The notes under the pieces: model-generated
Seen by the model: only the letters and a program-made list of their open reading frames with translations
Told to the model about the DNA's origin: nothing
The model's database searches: none
Part shown: positions 25,180 to 37,162 of the stretch, piece after piece
Position numbering within the stretch: the first letter of the stretch is position 1
Layout: each line of letters opens with the position of its first letter
Made by a program: the position numbers and the translations under genes
NCBI RefSeq assembly: GCF_006345805.1
Contig: NC_043018.1
Coordinates: 806,001-870,000 of the forward strand
Direction of reading: 5' to 3'
Source of the DNA: Octopus sinensis
Lineage: Eukaryota
DNA: 64,000 nt

Positions 25180-25447
25180 AACACAATGAGACACGCCGTG
25201 TCCAAGACCCGTTCCTGTTTCTTGTCGCCATCTATGAGGGGATACCTAAAAGCTTCTCTCTTCACGAGAATCGCGAAAGGCATTGCAGGAGGCCCGAACT
25301 TTCGAGTTCTTTTACAGGGCTTCGGAAAACTAAAGCTCCGCTGCAGTATATGAATCTGAGAGGGGAATGTGGTGAATAAAATAACAATTAACTGGTCCTC
25401 CCGGATTGTTTTTGTTACCCAAAACCAGGAATTTTTGGGCACCTCAT
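25180..25447 (+). mobile_element. mariner 3'-end relic with terminal inverted repeat
   Basis: Ends CCAGGAATTTTTGGGCACCTCA-TA (mariner-like TIR then TA); upstream ..KLKLRCS..NLRGE..E* resembles a mariner transposase C-terminus. Confidence 0.55.
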
Positions 25448-25540
25448 ATGTGTGTGTGTATGTCTGTATCGTGTATCTTATTGCATACGTAATTATATAT
25501 ATATGTATATTATCCAAGCGTACATCGGTTTAGCACAATA

Positions 25541-25574
<34 letters not shown>

Positions 25575-25600
25575 ACTCTCTCTATCTATCTATCAACCTA

Positions 25601-25663
<63 letters not shown>

Positions 25664-25737
25664 GTATATACATATATATATACACACAGACACAAAATGG
25701 GACACGGACGCAAATCATCCGGACAGTTAGGTGATAC

Positions 25738-25845
25738 AAAAATAGGACAACAAAACATCCAGATAGACGATAGGAAGAAAACTAGGACGGGTTATTCGAA
25801 GTTTTCTTTCTTCAGTCAAGTAACAGATTATCTTCGCAATGTCGG
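25738..25845 (-). CDS. candidate coding exon (ADIAKIICYLTEERKLRITRPSFLPIVYLDVLLSYF)
   Basis: 108 nt, phase 1-1, phase-compatible with the 29818 exon; splice sites weak (AATAACAG|, T|GTATCA). Confidence 0.3.
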
Positions 25846-26892
25846 CTGTTATTTATTTATATATATAATATATGCTGTTGACCACTCAGGACAGTCTTCG
25901 GCATATTTTTGAAAGCTTTATAAATAGTATAAGTCCATACTTGTAGTTACATTCTTAAATTTACTTGTATATTATACGGCCTTCTGTATTTCTAAATGCT
26001 GGAGATAATAAAAACTTGCTGAACAGTGGTGTGTTGCTATCGGATGCTGAATTGAAAAGATGACGGATGCTACCACACAGTCATTCAAGATATTGCAGTT
26101 AGCCTGGAGAGCTAGGACATTACATATAGCCAAAGACAGCAACGTCGGTTTTGAACAGAAAACTCTTGTATACGAAACACATGCTTGCTTCGACTAGCCG
26201 GTCCTGTATACACCATCACTCATTCTCATGAACAAACACACACGCACAAATGCAGAGACACGGACGCACAAACGGAATCTCACATACGAACACACAAAGC
26301 GATAATTGCTGGCAGATACTCATGTATATATATATATATTTATATGTGTGTGTATGTGTATGAGTGTGCACATATATGCATGTATAATGTATATACATGT
26401 ACATATATATATGCTTATTTATATATATTAAATATATGTATAAATATATATATGTATACACATAGACATACCCACACGCAGACTCATATATATATATATA
26501 TATAATATATATATATATATGTATGTATGCACATACATATAAATAATACATCAGGGATTAAAATGAAACTTGATCGTTATTAAAGACAAAATTGAGAAAG
26601 TTAATTTTCATATATGCTCAATATGTAATTTTGGAACTGAAATTGAATTTTCTTCCTAATTTGAATAATGAGAAATTTGTTAATTTTATATATTTGTTTA
26701 AATATTTTTGTACGAATTTTGCTTTGCGCATTACTTAACTTAGTTTTCGCTTTATTCTTTCTGGTTTCTGTTTATATACATGTGTCTGTGCGTCTTTTTG
26801 CGTGGCTGTCTCCTTTTGTTTGTGGCTGTCCTTGTGTATTTTCTACTGCTCTGGTATTGTACTATGTTATGTATTCATGATGTGTGTGTTTA

Positions 26893-26952
<60 letters not shown>

Positions 26953-27293
26953 ACTAAATGTGTTTCAAAGCGTATAAACAACCTAGTTTAAAACAACCCT
27001 AGTGTTACAAAGGTAGCTCCCCACTACACCACATCAACACGTATTGTTCATTTTATAGAATTTTCATAACATATAAAGGCATATTTGTTGACGTGTGTAT
27101 CTATTTAGTCTCAGTTACGAGTGTTTTCGTATAAAACAGACATTCCGATGCATACACATTGATATGTGCATATATAGATATGTAAGTTTGTGTGTTTCTA
27201 CAGGCACATATGTATCAATATGCACATGTGCATGTGGCTGTGGTTCGATATGCATAATATATAAATATATATATGTATGTATGTGTGTATTTA

Positions 27294-27327
<34 letters not shown>

Positions 27328-27372
27328 CATATAGTATATATATATATGAATATATATGTATATATATAAATA

Positions 27373-27413
<41 letters not shown>

Positions 27414-27489
27414 ATATATAATATATATATGTATATATATATATATATAAATATAATATGTATATATATATATATATATATACCACCCA

Positions 27490-27520
<31 letters not shown>

Positions 27521-27572
27521 GAAATATATATATATATATTATATATATATATAATATATATATATATATATC

Positions 27573-27637
<65 letters not shown>

Positions 27638-28624
27638 TATATAATATTATATATACATACACGTAGAGATGCATACAAACACATCTTGTATGTTTCCAAG
27701 AAAAAGTGGTCGTGGTTTCATATATATAGTGTGTTACTGACATGCCTATACTCTGTAGACACCACTTCTTACTTGATACTTGATTTAAAGATCATACACA
27801 TACGCAGATGCGCACATACAAACAACCGCTCACACTATCTCTCACACTATGTCACACACACAATCACACACAGAGAGAAAAACATCGGCACACATACACC
27901 AATTCACACATCGTTTGCAATATGTAAACGTAAGCATGTTTATTTACTGTGATTTATCAATTTTCTTTACGTTCATTTGCTGTGTATTCATACTAACAAC
28001 GTGGCTTTCTTTTCTTTTACTCTTCTAATTTCATGTATTTCTCGACATTTTCCTTATAAATATGTTTCTACACGATTTCTTTCAAAATATTCAACTGGAG
28101 AATTTTTCAAGTGAAAATATTTTCGATTTCCTTTCATAGGAAATCAGACAAATTCTTGACTTTCTCTTTGCACACGAGGTGTAAGTTTTTTGTACGTGGT
28201 TTTCCTCAACGCGACGGGTTCATGGCTTGTGGTATCACTTAGCTTCATAAAACCATGGAATCAGATTCCGGAGCCCATCCCGTGCTTGTTCTAACGCAAG
28301 GCATTTCATGTCGTTTCCTGCTCCGTCTGTGGAGCTGTGATGAGAATCAACTTGCCATGTTAAACCTTTCCTGATGATGTTGTGATTGAACACGTTGTGT
28401 AGATTCTTGTTTCTCAGTTTTCTCTACGTGAGGGTTTCATTGTTTGTGAAGCCTCTTACGTTCATAACGTCATGCAATTAACTGCTGGAGTCGGTCGCTT
28501 GCTTCTTTTTGAGAAGGCATTTCGTCACACACCTACCTTCAGAAGCAGCAACGTTCGTATGCACACTACTTTTCTGCTACTCGCCAATGTCATATATATA
28601 TATATATATATAATATAATATATA

Positions 28625-28660
<36 letters not shown>

Positions 28661-28799
28661 TGTATGTATGCATGTATGTATGTATGTATGTATGTATGTA
28701 TGCATGTATGAGTATGTATGTTGTAGTAGTATGTATGTATATATATATAATATATATATATAATATATATAGATATATATATAATATATATATATACAT

Positions 28800-29099
28800 T
28801 GATAAAAATGTGAGAATGAAAGAGACCTCGATATTATGTAAATCAAAGAATCGATCATTAAACGTAATATGAGACAATTATCCGGTAGCCACGAAAGCTC
28901 CGAGCTTCGGATGTCGAGGTGGAAATCCACGTCGCTATCTCTTCAGTTATTCGGCCATCGGAAAAATACCATGAAAAAAAGTATTTTTCCGATGGCCGGA
29001 TAACTGAAGAGATGGCGGCGTGGATTTCCACCTCGACATCCGAAACTCGGAGTTTTATCATGGTTCCCGGGTTGTCATACGGATTATGTATATATATAC

Positions 29100-29156
<57 letters not shown>

Positions 29157-29350
29157 ATCTATAGAATAATATCGGTTAGTAGCCAGAAAACCGAAGAGAT
29201 GGCGTTGTGGATTCCCACTTCGGCATCTAAAACTCAGAGTTTTATCTTGACTATCGAGTAATGTAACATATTATTTTATAGATAAATTTCCTCTATTTAC
29301 ACAATATTGAGGTCTCTTTCTTTCTTTTGTTATCTTACCGTTTTACCAAT
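28800..29350. mobile_element. Penelope-like pseudo-LTR cluster: inverted pair plus a third tandem copy
   Basis: Palindrome 28894-29056 (about 76-bp arms, 11-nt loop); third degenerate copy at about 29180-29250; shared tail (..AATATTGAGGTCTCTTTC) at both outer ends in opposite orientation. Confidence 0.7.
28999..29059 (+). ncRNA. type I hammerhead ribozyme motif
   Basis: Stem I GAUAA/UUAUC; core CUGAAGA; long stem II GAUGGCGGCGUGG-AUUU-CCACCUCGACAUC; CGAAA; stem III ACUC-G-GAGU; predicted GUU cleavage after 29054. Confidence 0.65.
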
Positions 29351-29817
29351 ATATATATTATATATTATTATATATAAATGTGTTTGTTTATATGTGTTTT
29401 TACTCATCGAATAAAAGTCTACGAAAATCCACTGAAACTGGAGATGCCAGCCGCATACATGGGATAGAAACTTTTAACTGCGTGTTTACGAAACGAAACT
29501 CCGGTCTGCATCGCTATGCATGCACTATGTGGTGATTTAATTCAAACATGAAGACAGAAAAACAAATCTATTGAGAGTGAAGGAAGAATTTACGCAACGA
29601 TTGATTTGCTACAATTGTTGTGGTAATTTTAACAACTCAGTCTGTCGTATAATTAGCTTCATTAATTTGAAGATCTCTCCTACACAAAAGGTTGTTACCT
29701 CTATCGACTATGTTTGAATAAAAGGTCTTCTAAAGGCTTTCGTTTTGGCACGATAACTGTTAGCGTCTTTGATGTCTATTATTCTCCAATGAATTCTACG
29801 ATATGTTGGAAACTAAC

Positions 29818-29912
29818 CAAAGGAAACAGATAAACATTCTCGAAGAATTTCGACTATTTTTATCAAATTTTCTTTGCTCGGAATTTGATAAACAGAAATC
29901 ATACGGATATAT
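29818..29912 (-). CDS. candidate coding exon (YIRMISVYQIPSKENLIKIVEILRECLSVSF)
   Basis: Acceptor CATTGTTTTAG|, donor TTG|GTTAGT, 95 nt, amphipathic-helix-like peptide. Confidence 0.45.
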
Positions 29913-30149
29913 CTAAAACAATGTAATCATATTTTGCTTCATTTCTTCTCCCTTGATAGTCATTATTACAAACATACCGTTGAAATTTATCTGTAGATAT
30001 ATTTTATGAAAAATTTAATGTCTTTTACAATCTGGCAATCGGTCACTTAGGTAATATGATGACGAATAATGAGAGTTTCAGTGTTTTATAGAACAATATA
30101 CATAACTATTGAACATATTACCATTGGTTAAAACTTTCTTGTTTCCATG

Positions 30150-30370
30150 TGCGTTGTTCTTCTTTTTTGTTCGTTCTCGAGCCCTGTCTGGCTCATAAGA
30201 GCTGGTTTCCCAGTTTCATAAGAGTGTAGTTTCCCCAGCTGGGCGGGACGCCACTCCGTTCCAGGTGAGCTGCTAGATTGCGACCACAATTGTTTCATCT
30301 CCAAGATGAAATCCGCCCTTGTGGGCATGGAACAATGAAATAACACTAGATGCAACGCACAGTGCATAGA
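30150..30370 (-). mobile_element. degenerate SINE sharing its 3' half with 6402-6683
   Basis: TTCTCGAGCCCTGTCTGGCTCATAAGAGCTGGTTTCCCAG matches 6410-6450. Confidence 0.6.
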
Positions 30371-30536
30371 TGACACCTCAGGTGAGATAATAAGGTTTTA
30401 ATGTCGGAGATTTACAATTTAGTTTCGCTGTATTTAAGAAATTACATGTTAAACACAGTATCGAAAGGTTATTTCTGGGTAAGTCCCTGGTTGTGTGTCC
30501 GCGGACCACGTTCACCATATATGGGTACCACGTATC

Positions 30537-30960
30537 ATCAGTGATACCTACCAAACACCGTTGTAATAATTCCAAGAATTTCAGCATGGACATTTGGTAT
30601 ATATTAAAATAGAAGTCGGAAGGTGCCAACAACAAAATTATACCACGAATATAATTATTAATGTGTGCGTCTGTATATCTGTGCACTTATCTAAAGACAA
30701 TAAGGTTTTAAGGTCGGAGATTTACAATTTAGTTTCGCTGTATTGGAAGACTTTAACAGTTAGGCAGACGCACAGACAGACATATGCACATATTCTTACT
30801 TTTAAATCAATGCAAATACTTACAGACGCGAACATTAATAATTATACTCGCGGTATAATTTTGTTGTTGGTACATTCGGTCTTCCATTTTTAACATATAC
30901 CAAATGCCCATGCTGGAATTCCTGGAATAATTACAACGGTGTTTGCTAGGTATCACTGAT
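30537..30960. repeat. inverted repeat (about 140-bp arms, 145-nt spacer) overlapping a 46-bp direct repeat
   Basis: ATCAGTGATACCTA..GCGTCTGTA (30537-30675) vs TACAGACGC..TAGGTATCACTGAT (30821-30960); AATAAGGTTTTAA..TTTCGCTGTATT at 30389-30434 and 30699-30744. Confidence 0.88.
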
Positions 30961-30963
30961 ATA

Positions 30964-31027
<64 letters not shown>

Positions 31028-31028
<1 letters not shown>

Positions 31029-31490
31029 TATGTTTGACTTTTGCTTTATGTCTGTACAAGTTGGCTACAAGTCTCACCCAGAGACCTCAAGAGACAACAG
31101 GTTGGAAGTTCACGTTGTTGTTATGCCTAGTGTGCCATATATTTGGAGTTTTTTTTGGTGTTGTACTAGTGAATGTCTAATACATAAATAAAAAAAAATT
31201 GTTTTAAACCTTGGGATTAGAGAGTATTTTGCGTAGGATATGAGCAGTTCCCATGAGCACTATCGTTTGAATTTCTGCCATTTTGGGGTTTCCTGGTATC
31301 TGAGTTAGGTAGCAATCAGCTGCTTTCGCTATCATTCCCAGGGCACCTATGACAACAGGTATTGTTTTAGTCTTCAGGTTCCACAATTTCCTGATTTCTA
31401 TTTCAAGATCTTTATATTTGCTCAGTGTTTGGTAGGTCTTGACAGATACGTTTATATCGATTGGGACAGTCATATCAATGAGGAGGCATG
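31028..31490 (-). mobile_element. R4/Dong LINE 3' portion (restriction-like endonuclease plus 3' UTR) between (TAA)n arrays
   Basis: ORF 31204-31473: ..IDMTVPIDINVSVKTYQTLSKYKDLEIEIRKLWNLKTKTIPVVIGALGMI..LMGTAHILRKILS; (TTA)n on both sides. Confidence 0.9.
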
Positions 31491-31514
31491 TTGTTATTAT
31501 TATTATTATTATTA

Positions 31515-31662
31515 TTCAGTAGTTTTATTTTTATAGCGTGCTTTCACTTCACTACCGAGCGCATCTCTGTGTGCCTTGGGTATGTGCTGTGATTTGTTGT
31601 GATGCTCTGATGGTAATTGTATGGAAAGTGTTCTGCGTAGGATGTGTGCAGTGCCTAGTAGT
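31515..31662 (-). mobile_element. R4/Dong LINE 3' end between (TAA)n arrays
   Basis: Near-identical to 10596-10740. Confidence 0.85.
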
Positions 31663-31663
31663 A

Positions 31664-31784
<121 letters not shown>

Positions 31785-31856
31785 TTATTATTCCTAGCAC
31801 ACACATATTCATATCCCCCAGAGCACACACACATATACATAAATATATATATATAT

Positions 31857-32050
31857 ATTTCTTTACTGCCCACAAGGGGCTAAACATAGAGGGGACAAAC
31901 AAGGACAGACGAAGGGATTGAGCCGATTATAACGCCCCCAGTGCGAAACTGGTACTTTATTTATCGACCCCGAAAGGATGAAAGGCAAAGTTGACCTCGG
32001 CGGAATTTGAACTCAGAACGTAACGACAGACGAAATACCGCCAAGCATTT
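31857..32050 (-). mobile_element. Meta-type SINE (family C), 5'-truncated
   Basis: Family C central and tail sequence. Confidence 0.85.
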
Positions 32051-32741
32051 GTATAACCAACGTGACAGTAACATCTACAGCATTGACAATAAACACTTTC
32101 TCACGTGTAGAATATCATTCCTTTAATATATTATACGTTAATCAAATCTAGAAATATATAATTTGCTTTTAATTGTTCTTCATATTATTAAAAACGTTCA
32201 TATTTACTCTTACATTCTGGTTTTCTCATTTCCAATTAGGCTGTGAGCAGTAAAATCACATTGAAGCCGTATAACTACACGTAGTTAAGTGCAAATTGGA
32301 TATACATTGTACACTGGTAAAAAAATACATACATATGCCTTCACATAGATAACTGTGGAGATATTATTTTTTAATACACAGGAACAAAGACGCTAAGACA
32401 GGATTTTATCTATACTCATATGCACAATTATGTGTGTGTCTATAATTATGTGTCTTAGCGTCTATGCTTTCGCCCCCTCCTTTTCTCGCTCTCTCAATTT
32501 CTTTTTTATATCTATCTGCATATCATCCTACTAGTCTCTCAATTTCTCTCTCTCTCACTCTCTCTCTCTATGTACATATATATATATATATATATATTTG
32601 ATATATGTGTATGTGCGTGGCTGTTTGTGTGTGAGAAAGTGAGTGTGTATATATGTGTGTATTTATATTTATCTACACATAGTGTGTTTGAATACGTATA
32701 TACATACATTTATACATTAATATGATTATGAATATATATAT

Positions 32742-32789
<48 letters not shown>

Positions 32790-32811
32790 AGAATTTGAGA
32801 GTGTCTCCTTC

Positions 32812-32842
<31 letters not shown>

Positions 32843-32934
32843 TATTAGAGACACAACCACTATTTTGCAACAAACAAACAAGGAAGAACTTAATCAATAT
32901 ACATAAAATTTAATAAATAGTCAAAAAAAAACCG

Positions 32935-32977
32935 CCACTACAATTGTTTCTTGTCTTGATCGACAATCTTCAGGTGG
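32935..32977 (-). ncRNA. minimal type I hammerhead ribozyme motif (intact)
   Basis: CCAC-CUGAAGA-UUGUC GAUCAA GACAA-GAAAC-AAUU-GUA|GUGG: 4-bp stem I, 5-bp stem II, palindromic stem III ACAAUUGU, GUA cleavage triplet. Confidence 0.75.
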
Positions 32978-33011
32978 ACTTCCAATAAGTCAGAAACTGA
33001 CTTATTGAAGT

Positions 33012-33053
33012 CCCCTGAAGAGTGTCGATCAAGACAAGAAACAATTGTAGTGG
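33012..33053 (+). ncRNA. mirror hammerhead motif with two lesions
   Basis: CCC-CUGAAGA-GUGUC GAUCAA GACAA-GAAAC-AAUU-GUA|GUGG: 1-nt deletion in stem I and a G.A mismatch at the base of stem II. Confidence 0.55.
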
Positions 33054-33223
33054 CGGTTTTTTTGACTATTTATTAAAATTTATGTATTGATTAGTCTTTC
33101 CTTGTTTGTTTTGCAAAATAGTGGTTTTTGTCTCTAATAATTTTTATAATATTTTACTATAAAATTGGATTTAATCCTAAATCTGATTTTTCCCTGTAAA
33201 TTTGGATTTATTCTAATATTTAT

Positions 33224-33266
<43 letters not shown>

Positions 33267-34189
33267 GAAGGAGACAAAGGCACACTCTCACATTCACTCA
33301 CACTCACCTGAACGTGTATGTATTCTTATGTATGAAATATTAAGATATATTTTTCGACCATGACGTAAATATTACTTCATCAAATTTTTTAAGTATCCAT
33401 AATATAGTCTGGAGTTATTGATAAATTATTGTAAAGATTGAATGGCGATCAACACGATTAGTATTTTATATAGAGCAGGCGTGGATATGTGTTAAATACC
33501 TTGCTTCCAAACCATAAGGTTCAGTCTCACGAAATTACTCTTTAACTTGTAATTTTTACATGCTAGGAAAAACAGCCAACACAGCCAAAACCACAATTTA
33601 ATAGCAAATTTCGAAGTAAATGAATAATTAAAAAAATACCTTGTTATTTAACGGTTATACCATGCTTTCGAATTTCTTTTGCAAATAATATTAGCTGCCA
33701 TCCTTTAATACATAATTTAGCAAAACAGGCGAATGTTCGTCAGTAACCGGCCTCAATAACTAACTTATAATTTAGAGAAAAGATAACACGTGTCCCGTCA
33801 TTATATGTTATAATTTTGCGTGCAGGCGCATTTACAGTCAGCAATAAATGTTCCATATTCTGGTTATCTGTCTAAGAGCATTTAGCAAATTATATAAACA
33901 CACATATACAAGAAATATGCACAAACACACACATACATTCAAGCGTGTCTGTATTTTGGTATGCATACACGTTCTCACAGACGACTACTTACACATACCC
34001 GTACTGATGCAAACGTGGCAAAGCCATACAGTCTCTCATTACCTGTGTATGTTTTCTTAGTCCTTGCATAAATTTAGAAATGGCCTAATTATCACTTTAT
34101 CAATTGTATTTTTCTTCCTCAATGTTTTATCAATTAAGTTACCTTACTGTTATGTTCAATTATTGGCAGCTTATATTATGAATACAAAG

Positions 34190-34228
<39 letters not shown>

Positions 34229-34241
34229 CATATATATACAC

Positions 34242-34260
<19 letters not shown>

Positions 34261-34272
<12 letters not shown>

Positions 34273-34551
34273 TATAGATGTGTGTAATCTACATATGTAT
34301 ATATACAAACACACACACACCACATATATATATATACATATTTGTTCATATATATAAAAATACACACTCACACATACATTTATATGCATAATGATCTATA
34401 TATGTTATAATTATATACATACATATTATGTAACTATTTCTCCCTTCCTCTTTCCTAATCTGAATCTTTTTCGCTACATGCCACGTATGTGTGTATGAAT
34501 ATATACATACACACACACGTGCATACCTGTATATATATATATATATATATA

Positions 34552-34616
<65 letters not shown>

Positions 34617-34900
34617 TATATATGACATATATATAGATGTGTGTATATCTACATATGTATATATACAAACACACACACACACATATATATATATATACAT
34701 ATTTGTTCATATATATAAAAATACACACTCACATACATACATTTATATGCATAATGATCTATATATGTTATAATTATATACATACATATTATGTAACTAT
34801 TTCTCCCTTCCTCTTTCCTAATCTGAATCTTGCTATACATGCACGTATGTGTGTATGAATATATACATACACACACACGTGCGTACCTGTATATATATAT
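34261..34900. repeat. tandem duplication (period about 359 bp) within TA-rich low-complexity DNA
   Basis: TAGATGTGTG..TTCTCCCTTCCTCTTTCCTAATCTGAATCTT..CACGTG repeated (TAGATG at 34275 and 34634). Confidence 0.85.
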
Positions 34901-34967
34901 ATACGTATATATATATATATATATATACATATATATGTATGTATATATATATGTGTGTGTGTGTGTG

Positions 34968-35006
<39 letters not shown>

Positions 35007-35026
35007 TGTGTATTTATATATATATG

Positions 35027-35069
<43 letters not shown>

Positions 35070-36980
35070 ATATGTATATCTGTTTTTGTGTATGTGTGTG
35101 TAAAGTATTTATACAATTAATGATGTCCAGATTTATTTCCGAAAGACCAGTATGTCTACAATTTAGAAGAGGCGTGTTTTAAAAAAAGACATAGACTCAA
35201 CGGGCTTCGTTAATATTTATCTAATAATCACGAGAAAAGTTTTTGTTGTTGCATTGGTATCGTTGTTTGCTAATGTTGTTTGACGTCAGGTCATTAATTG
35301 TCACGGAGAACAACGATGGGAGGTGTTCTTGCAATAACAATTCTGATATCTCAGACATATTTTATAACAGATTTCCTTAATCAACCCCCATCTATTTCTT
35401 CTGAACATCTGTAGAATATGATTTGAGATTTAATTACCTTTTCTTTATATCTTCTAAAGAAATTAGAACCTCTCACGTCTGTGTTTAGTATAAGGCGAAA
35501 TTTTAGCAATTAGACTTAGAGTTAAGTTATAATGATTCAGTTAGGTTCAAGATCAGACTGTGATGTTTTAATATATAGCGGCGAGGGGCCTGTATCGTTA
35601 GCACTCCGAGCAAAATGCCTGGCGGCATTTTGGCCTTCTTTGCATTCTGATTTGAAAAGCGGCCTGGGTCGACTTTGCCTTTCATCTTTTCGGTCTCGAT
35701 AAAACCAGTACCAGTTGCTTTAGCCCCTCCCCCGGAAGTGCTGTTCTCGTGTTCAAATTAGAAACTATCATATTGTATTGTAGTTTTCTGATACTCTCGG
35801 AATAAACAAGCTTAATACAATAAAAATAATTAGATATTGTTTATAAACTTTGTTTTCACCTGTGGCTCAGGGCAAATTCAGTTACTCTCTTCAATATCTA
35901 TTAAAATGTCTCTAGATAACGTCGAACATATAATTATTTACTTAATTGGCAAAATATATAAAAAATACAGTATACTATTTTGTAATGTTTCTAATACATA
36001 CAGTCTTAATGAGTGTGCGTATTCTAAGATTACAGAGATTATGTTTGGTCTTTCAGTTTAACAACATATATACGCTTACATACAAATCCCAGTGCCATCT
36101 CCGTCTCTCTAGCTTCCGTTCCATATCATCAAAGTTTTTAAACCTTATATATTATCCTTGAATACGGATTCGGTTACGCTAATGAGACAGTATATTTAAG
36201 TTTATATATATTTCTACGATATTTAGTAACATCTAAACATCTGTAGAATTGTCTTCTTAACTAGACCTACAGATTACAGTATTAATCAATTAGCTAAAGC
36301 TACGTTGCCCACACCACATACATAACTAGCTATTTGATACTCACAACATTTGATATTTTGATACTATACACGGTCAATAATTTCCTCTAGGACTCTGAAT
36401 GACCTGAAATTTGCTTCCTGTCACCACTCCCTCATACATTTCCCTGTGTTGTTAATGGTCTCTACTGAAGTGGTAGGTGTATATCTCACGAAATGTAGAC
36501 GGCCATATGACGAAGAGTAAATCATATATATTTCTCAGGTTCACATTTCTTTCCGTGGACGACAACCGCATTTTACATTCCCCATGAAGTGCTGATTTTC
36601 ATGGAAAACATTGTTAAATGTCTGCCAATATCCTTCTTTCTACATTCGCTAGTCTACGTATTTGAAGACTCATCAGGGGCGAGCGATTTGGATATGGTCG
36701 GAGCTTGACAGTTCCTAATTTAAATCACTGGAATTGAAAATGACGTATCACTAGGCATAGAGTTATAATCCAGTGAGTAAGTGGTAGCAGCATCTACTCC
36801 TACGTTTCTATATTATTTAAGAGTGGAAGAAGCAAAATGCTGTAGAAGCGTTCAGGTTTAATTTATATATGAATCTTGATGTTTGGCGGCAGTTTTCCAG
36901 TTGGGAATATGGACAAAGTTATGCTGCGATGAGAAACTATGTTCCTGGACTTAAACATTCGACCCCTAATGTAAAATACC

Positions 36981-37162
36981 TATTTCTTTGCTACCCACAA
37001 GAGGCTAAACACAGAGAGGACAAACGAGGACAGACAAACGGATTAAGTCGATTACATCGACCACAGTGCGTAACTGTTACTTATTTAATCGACCCCGAAA
37101 GGATGAAAGGCAAAGTTGACCTCGGCGGAATTTGAACTCAGAACGTAGCGGCAGACGAAATA
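36981..37162 (-). mobile_element. Meta-type SINE, 5'-truncated, 15-bp TSD
   Basis: TSD CTAATGTAAAATACC at 36966-36980 and 37163-37177. Confidence 0.88.

Larger units (their letters stand above)
32842..33140. mobile_element. 300-bp near-perfect palindrome (inverted Penelope-like pseudo-LTR pair)
   Basis: About 150-bp arms centred on AATAAGTCAG-AAA-CTGACTTATT (loop 32994-32996). Confidence 0.85.

Noticed and set aside
26940-27650. Irregular single-base interruptions in long (TA)n tracts as a hidden pattern
   Set aside because: No periodicity found; consistent with slippage or long-read indel errors.
28000-28570. Possible L1/Tx1 endonuclease relic on the minus strand (TL-NVRG, QET)
   Set aside because: Only short motifs across frameshifts; not enough to call.
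36640-36682. Minus-strand CUGAUGA-GUC..GAC as a hammerhead
   Set aside because: No GAAA after the stem and no stem I/III.
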